Of a stretch of 64,000 bases of DNA, positions 61,101 through 64,000 are shown piece by piece; within the stretch, counting starts at the first letter, position 1; the number at the start of each line of letters is the position of its first letter. The notes beneath the pieces were generated by a model. That model did no database searches, was not told the DNA's origin, and was given only the letters and a program-made list of their open reading frames with translations. The stretch is from the NCBI RefSeq assembly GCF_036588685.1, contig NC_086385.1:28233216-28297215 (forward strand), given 5' to 3'. The DNA comes from Mytilus trossulus. Lineage: Eukaryota. The position numbers were made by a program, and so were the translations under genes.

Positions 61101-64000
61101 ACTGTAATTCCTAGTACGACTACACCAACTAGTACAACTGTACTTACCAGTACTACAATACCTACCAATACTACTATACCAACCAATACATCTGTACCTT
61201 CCAGTAGAACTGTACCTACCAGTGCAATTATACCTACCAGATCAACTTCTCCCACCAGTACAACTTCTACCACCAGTACAACTACACCATCAAGTACAAC
61301 TATAGCTAACAGTACTACTTCTTCATCTAGTGGTACAACTACACGTACGAGTACAACTGTCATGCCTAGTACGACTACACCAACAAGTACAACTATAGCT
61401 ATCAGTACTACTAAATCAACCAGTTCAACTATACCAACGATTACAACTGTGCCTACCAGTACAATTACATCTACCAGTACAACTACACCAACCAGTACAA
61501 CTGTACCTACCAGTACTACTACACCAACCAGTACAACTGTACCTTTGAGTACAACTACACCAACTAGTACAACTATAGCTACTAGCATTACTACTACACA
61601 TAGTAGTACAACTACACTTACGAGTACAACTGTAATTCCTAGTACGACTACAAAAACTAGTACAATTGAACTTACCAGTACTAAAATACCTACCAGTACT
61701 ACTATACCAACCAATACATCTGTACCTTCCAGTAGAACTGTACCTACCAGTGCAATTATACCTACCAGATCAACTTCTCCCACCAGTACAACTACACCAA
61801 CAAGTACAACTATAGCTAACAGTACTACATCTTCATCTAGTGGTACAACTACACTTACGGGTACAACTGTAATGCCTAGTACGACTACACCAACAATTAC
61901 AACTATAGCTATCAGTACTACTAAATCAACCAGTTCAACTATACCAACGATTACAACTGTGCCTACCAGTACTACTACACCAACCAGTACAACTGTACCT
62001 ACCAGTACTACTACACCAACCAGTACAACTGTACCTACCAGTACTACTACACCAACCAGTACGACTATACCTACCAGTACAATTACACCAACTAGTACAA
62101 CTACACCTACCAGTACTACTATACCTACCAGTACAACTACACCAACCAATACAACTGTACCTACCAGTACTACTACACCAACCAATACAACTATACCTAC
62201 CAGTACTACTACACCAACCAATACAACTGTACCTACCAGTACTACTACACCAACCAATACAACTGTACCTACCAGTACAACTATACCTACCAGTACTACT
62301 ACACCAACCAATACAACTATACCTACCAGTACTACTACACCAACCAATACAACTATACCTACCAGTACTACTACACCAACCAATACAACTGTACCTACCA
62401 GTACAACTACACCAACCAATACAACTATACCTACCAGTACTACTACACCAACCAATACAACTATACCTACCAGTACTACTACACCAACCAATACAACTGT
62501 ACCTACCAGTACAACTATACCTACCAGTACAACTATACCTACCAGTACTACTATACCTACCAGTACAACTACACCTACCAGTACTACTATACCTACCAGT
62601 ACAACTACACCAACCAATACAACTGTACCTACCAGTACAACTACACCAGCAAGTACTACTATACCTACCAGTACAACTACACCAACCAGTGCAATTATAC
62701 CTACCAGATCAACTTCTCCCACCAGTACAACTACACCACCTAGTACAACTATACCTACCAGTACTACTACCTCATCTAGTGGTACAACTACACTTACGAG
62801 TACAACTGTAATTCCTAGTATGACTACACCAACAGGTACAATTGTACTTACCAGTACTACAATACCTACCATTACTACTTTATCTTCCAGTACATCTATG
62901 CCTACCAGTACAACTGTACCTACAAGTACTTCTACACCTATTAGTACAACAACACCAACAAGTACAACTATAGCTATCAGTACTACTACTACATCTAGTG
63001 GTACAACTACACTTACGAGCACAACTGTAATGCCTAGTACGACTTCACCAACAAGTACAACTATAGCTATCAGTACTACTAAATCAACCAGTTTAACTAT
63101 ACCAACGATTACAACTGTGCCTACCAGTACTACTACACCAACCAGTACAACTGTACCTACCAGTACTACTACACCAACCAGTACGACTATTCCTACCAGT
63201 ACACTTACACCAACTAGTACAACTACACCTACCAGTACTACTATACCTACCAGTTCAACTACACCAACAAATACAACTGTACCTACCAGTACAACTACAC
63301 CAAACAATACAACTATACCTACCAGTACAACCACACCAACCAGTGCAATTATACCTACCAGATCAACTTCTCCCATCAGTACAACTACACCAACTGGTAC
63401 AACTATACCTACCAGTACTACTACCTCATCTAGTGGTACAACTACACTGATGAGTACATCTGTAATTCCTAGTACGACTACACCAACCAGTACAATTGTA
63501 CCTACCAGTACTTCAATACCTACCATTACTACTTTATCTTCCAGTACAACTGTGCCTACCAGTACAACTGTGCCTACCAGTACAACTGTACCTACAAGTA
63601 CTACTACACATACTAGTACAACAACACCAACAAGTACAACTACACCTACAAGTACAACTATAGCTATCAGTACTACTACTACACCTAGTAGTACAACTAC
63701 ATTTACGAGAACATCTGTAACTCCTAGTACTAAAACACCAGCCAGCACAAATGAACTTACCAGTTCTAAAATTTCTTCCAGTACTACTATATCTACAAGT
63801 ACTACTACATTTATCAGAACAACTGTACCTTCAAGTACTGTACCTTTAACTACACCAACTAGTACAACTGTACATCCCAGCACTACAAAACCTACAATTA
63901 CAACTATACCTAACAGTACAACTATTTATTCCAATACTACTACCCCTACCAGTACAACTGTACATTTCAGTACAGCTACACCGATAAGTACAACTACAGA
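52149..64000 (+). CDS. Giant Thr/Ser/Pro-rich mucin-type (PTS) domain, partial, at least about 3,950 aa, runs off the window
   Basis: Frame with codons at positions divisible by 3: ATG 52149 MKIHECLTLLVNTDGSLRVSTKQSSTAIKLLSPLSSTIIPTTTKP...(PTSTT[TIV])n...PISTTT. Alternative start at the splice acceptor ctcttttAG|52180 (phase 1). All ten antisense Val-rich ORFs share one register, so there is no frameshift; spot checks show no stop. Confidence 0.9.
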   Translation, partial: MKIHECLTLLVNTDGSLRVSTKQSSTAIKLLSPLSSTIIPTTTKPISNTIPFSINIPTSTTIPTIKTPPSRTTTHIFTTTSTNTTLLTSTTIPTSTATPTSTATPTSTTTPTSTATPTSTTIPTSTATPTSTTIPTSPTIATSTNTPTSTTVPTSTSTLSSTTVPVSTFTPTSTSTPLSTSTATSKMTTNPTSTTIATSTTIPTSTSIPTSTKTVTSTTTLRSTKVPIRRTIPTSTTTITSTIVPTIIIIPTRTTTIVPSITTIPSSTTSPTSTPTPTSTTTPTSKCIHTSTTTTPTSTTVPPSTTVHSIYSNSSTITSTTIPTSTTIPTSTTIETSTNTLTSTNVPTSTTTLTITTVHASTQTSKTIPYSRIVPTSTTVPTITTVPTSLTKPTSTIIPTITTVPSSTTKLTNTYVPVSAIIPTSTTSPTSTTTTTSTTIATSTTTPNSTTLLTSKTVPPSTTTPTSTMVLTSTTLSLSTTISTSTTVHTSTTVFTSTTVPISTSVPVSTTIPSSRTVLNSAIIPTSINSPKSTTTPTSTIIATSSTTSSSDTTILTRPHVHSSTTTPTSTIVLSSTTIPTSTTISTTTTVPTSTSIPTSKTVSTTTTVPSSSSTPATTTVPTSAIIPRSTTSPTSLTIPTSKTVLVSTTTPNSTSVPISTTITSSKTVPTSTTIPTSTTFLTSTPTPTSTTIATSTTTSPSGTTLLTSTTVPPSTTTPTNTIVLSNTTIPTSTTISTNTTLPSSRTVSTSSSTPDTTSTIIPRSTTSPTSTTIPTSTTVLVSTTTPNSTSVPISTTLPSSKTVPTSAIIPTSTTSLTSTATPTSATTATSTTDSPTSTTILTSTTVPPSTTTPTSTIVLTVNTIPTITSISTSTNVPTRTIVPTSTTTPTTTTTKTSAIIPTSTTSPTSTTTPTNTTIATSSTTLPSSITTLTRTKVPPSTTIPTSTIILTDTTITYSTTISTSTTVPTSKTVPTSITIPTSTTTPTSAIIPTSTTSPTSTTTPTSTTIATSTTTTSSITTILTSTTVPPSPSTPTSTIVLTNTTIPFSTSISTSTAVPFSATVPDSTTIPTRTTVLSSTTTLTSTSVPVSTTVPSCRIVPSIAIIPTSTSSLTSATTLTSATIANTTTTSPTSTTILKSTTAPPSTTTPTSTIVLTGNTIQTSIYKSNSTTVPTSTTIPTSTTVPTSFTTPTSTTTPTSTIIPTSISVSVSTTTPSSRTVPTSAIIPTRSTSPTSTTSPTSTTIATSTTTSPSRTTILKNTTVPPSTTTTSSTIVLTNTTIPTSTTISISTTTSTRTTVFSSTVPLTTPTRTYVHLSTTTPTSTNIPTSTTVQSSITTPSSTTTPTSPIKPTITTSPTSTTTPTSTTIATSTTTTSSSTTILTSTTVPPSTSTPTSTIVLTNTTIPSSTTISTSTTVPTSAPVPTSTTIPSRTTVLFSTTTLTSTSVPVSTTVPSSRVVPTSAIIPTSTTSLTSGTTPTSTTTATSTSTSPTSTTILKSPTAPSSSTTPTSTIVLTSATLPASTTISTSTTVPTSRTVPTSFTTPTSTTTPTSTIKPINNTIPTSTSVSVSTTIPSSRTVPSSAIIPPSTTSPTSTTVPPSTTKPISTIILTSTTIPTSTTISISTTTSTRTTVPSSTVPLTTPTSTTVHSSTTTPTIIPTSTTIPSSTNTPTRTTVLSSTTTPTSTTVPSSTTVPTSATIPSSTTVPTRTTTQTSTTVPTSTTIPTRTTTPSSTTTLTSTTLHVSTTIPTGTTLPNTSTTPVSKTTSSSTAVYPSTTTPNNTTSPTSTTAFISKTVLSSTTIRTSTTTPIRTTTPTSTTSPTSSSIPTSTTVPSSTTTLTSTTVPFSPTIPSSRIATTSTTLPVPSITNVTTTTTTPTSTTGTTTPTWTTIHTSTTLPTSSNIPTRKTVPTITTVHTSSTIPTSTTTPTSTSISTSTTIPTNTSVPVSTTIPSSRTVPTSAIIPTRSTSPTSTTSPSATIETSATTSPIGKTTLTSTTVIPSTTTSTSTIVPTSTTIPTSTTSPIGTTTQTSTTVPTSTTIPTMTTTPSSTTILTGTTVPNSTTTLTSTTLHVSTTIPTGTTLPNTSTTPVSKTTSSSTAVYPSTTTPNNTTSPTSTTAFISKTVLSSTTIRTSTTTPIRTTTPTSTASPTSSSIPTSTTVPSSTTTLTSTTVPFSPTIPSSRIATTSTTLPVPSITNVTTTTTTPTSTTGTTTPTWTTIHTSTTLPTSSNIPTRKTVPTITTVHTSSTIPTSTTTPTSTTRTSSTTIPTNTSVPVSTTIPSSRTVPTSAIIPTRSTSPTSTTSPSATIATSATTSPIGKTTLTSTTVIPSTTTSTSTIVPTSTTIPTSTTSPIGSTTQTSTTVPTSTTIPTMTTTPSSTTILTGTTVPNSTTTLTSTTLHVSTTIPTSTTVPSSTTTLTSTTVPFSPTIPSSRNATTSTTLPVPSITNVTTTTTTPTSTTGTTTPTWTTIHTSTTLPTSSNIPTRKTVPTITTVHTSSTIPTSTTTPTSTTRTSSTTIPTNTSVPISTTIPSSRTVPTSAIIPIRSTSPTSTTSPSATISTSATTSPIGKTTLTSTTVIPSTTTPTSTIVLTSTTITSSTTIPTSTSVPISTTTPFSTIVLTINTILTSSTIYISTTVPTSTTLPTSTTAPTSTTTPTSAVIPTSKISHTSTTTPTSTTIATSSTTTPISTTTLTNTTIIPRTTTPTSTIVLTSTIIPSSTTIPTSTSVPVSTTTPFSRTVPSSAIIPSRSTSPASSTSPTSKTTPTSTTTPTSTTIAISTTTSSSGTTTLTSTSVTPSTKTPTSTNKLTSTTIFTSTTISTSTTTSTRTTVPSSNVPLTIPTSTTVHPSTTTPTITTIPNSTTIYSSTTTPTSSPIPFSTTTPTSNTIATRTTTTTPSSTTTLTSTTVIPSTTTPTSTIELTSTTIPTSTTLSSSTTVPTSTTVPTSTTIPFSTTTPSSTTIATSITTTHSSTITLTSATVIPSTTTPTSTTVLTSTTIPTNTTIPTNTSVPSSRTVPTSAIIPTRSTSPTSTTSTTSTTTPSSTTIANSTTSSSSGTTTRTSTTVMPSTTTPTSTTIAISTTKSTSSTIPTITTVPTSTITSTSTTTPTSTTVPTSTTTPTSTTVPLSTTTPTSTTIATSITTTHSSTTTLTSTTVIPSTTTKTSTIELTSTKIPTSTTIPTNTSVPSSRTVPTSAIIPTRSTSPTSTTTPTSTTIANSTTSSSSGTTTLTGTTVMPSTTTPTITTIAISTTKSTSSTIPTITTVPTSTTTPTSTTVPTSTTTPTSTTVPTSTTTPTSTTIPTSTITPTSTTTPTSTTIPTSTTTPTNTTVPTSTTTPTNTTIPTSTTTPTNTTVPTSTTTPTNTTVPTSTTIPTSTTTPTNTTIPTSTTTPTNTTIPTSTTTPTNTTVPTSTTTPTNTTIPTSTTTPTNTTIPTSTTTPTNTTVPTSTTIPTSTTIPTSTTIPTSTTTPTSTTIPTSTTTPTNTTVPTSTTTPASTTIPTSTTTPTSAIIPTRSTSPTSTTTPPSTTIPTSTTTSSSGTTTLTSTTVIPSMTTPTGTIVLTSTTIPTITTLSSSTSMPTSTTVPTSTSTPISTTTPTSTTIAISTTTTSSGTTTLTSTTVMPSTTSPTSTTIAISTTKSTSLTIPTITTVPTSTTTPTSTTVPTSTTTPTSTTIPTSTLTPTSTTTPTSTTIPTSSTTPTNTTVPTSTTTPNNTTIPTSTTTPTSAIIPTRSTSPISTTTPTGTTIPTSTTTSSSGTTTLMSTSVIPSTTTPTSTIVPTSTSIPTITTLSSSTTVPTSTTVPTSTTVPTSTTTHTSTTTPTSTTTPTSTTIAISTTTTPSSTTTFTRTSVTPSTKTPASTNELTSSKISSSTTISTSTTTFIRTTVPSSTVPLTTPTSTTVHPSTTKPTITTIPNSTTIYSNTTTPTSTTVHFSTATPISTTT

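Noticed and set aside
52124-63883. Val/Leu/Gly-rich minus-strand ORFs as membrane proteins
   Set aside because: They are the antisense shadow of Thr/Ser/Pro codons and are broken by many stops while the plus frame stays open.

Overview
AT-rich eukaryotic DNA. The repeat families (tRNA-derived Meta/V/Nin-type SINEs, Helentron-like HINEs, Penelope remnant, hammerhead-bearing repeat) suggest a bivalve, probably Mytilus (inference). Bases 1-51.5 kb are almost all layered transposon sequence. The dominant structure is five very large, nested, foldback-like DNA elements: A 7984-23580 containing B 16133-21326, and C2 29650-51483 containing C1 29701-48697, which contains D 33803-48548. Each has long terminal inverted repeats built on 20-21 bp phased, mostly palindromic arrays, and each is flanked by a 5-6 bp target-site duplication. 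A, B, C1 and C2 have TAYGG...CCRTA-type ends (IS3EU-like); D has ACAC...GTGT ends. A and C2 together cover about 37 kb, and I found no intact transposase in them. Smaller insertions include decayed Tc1, Crypton, LINE and Penelope coding remnants, piggyBac-, Kolobok-, Ginger-, MULE- and Helitron-type non-autonomous elements, and a degenerate hammerhead ribozyme. From about 52.15 kb to the window end is a single plus-strand reading frame of at least about 3,950 codons encoding a Thr/Ser/Pro mucin-type domain. The ORF track omits it because it has no stop in the window; the Val-rich minus-strand ORFs are its antisense shadow.
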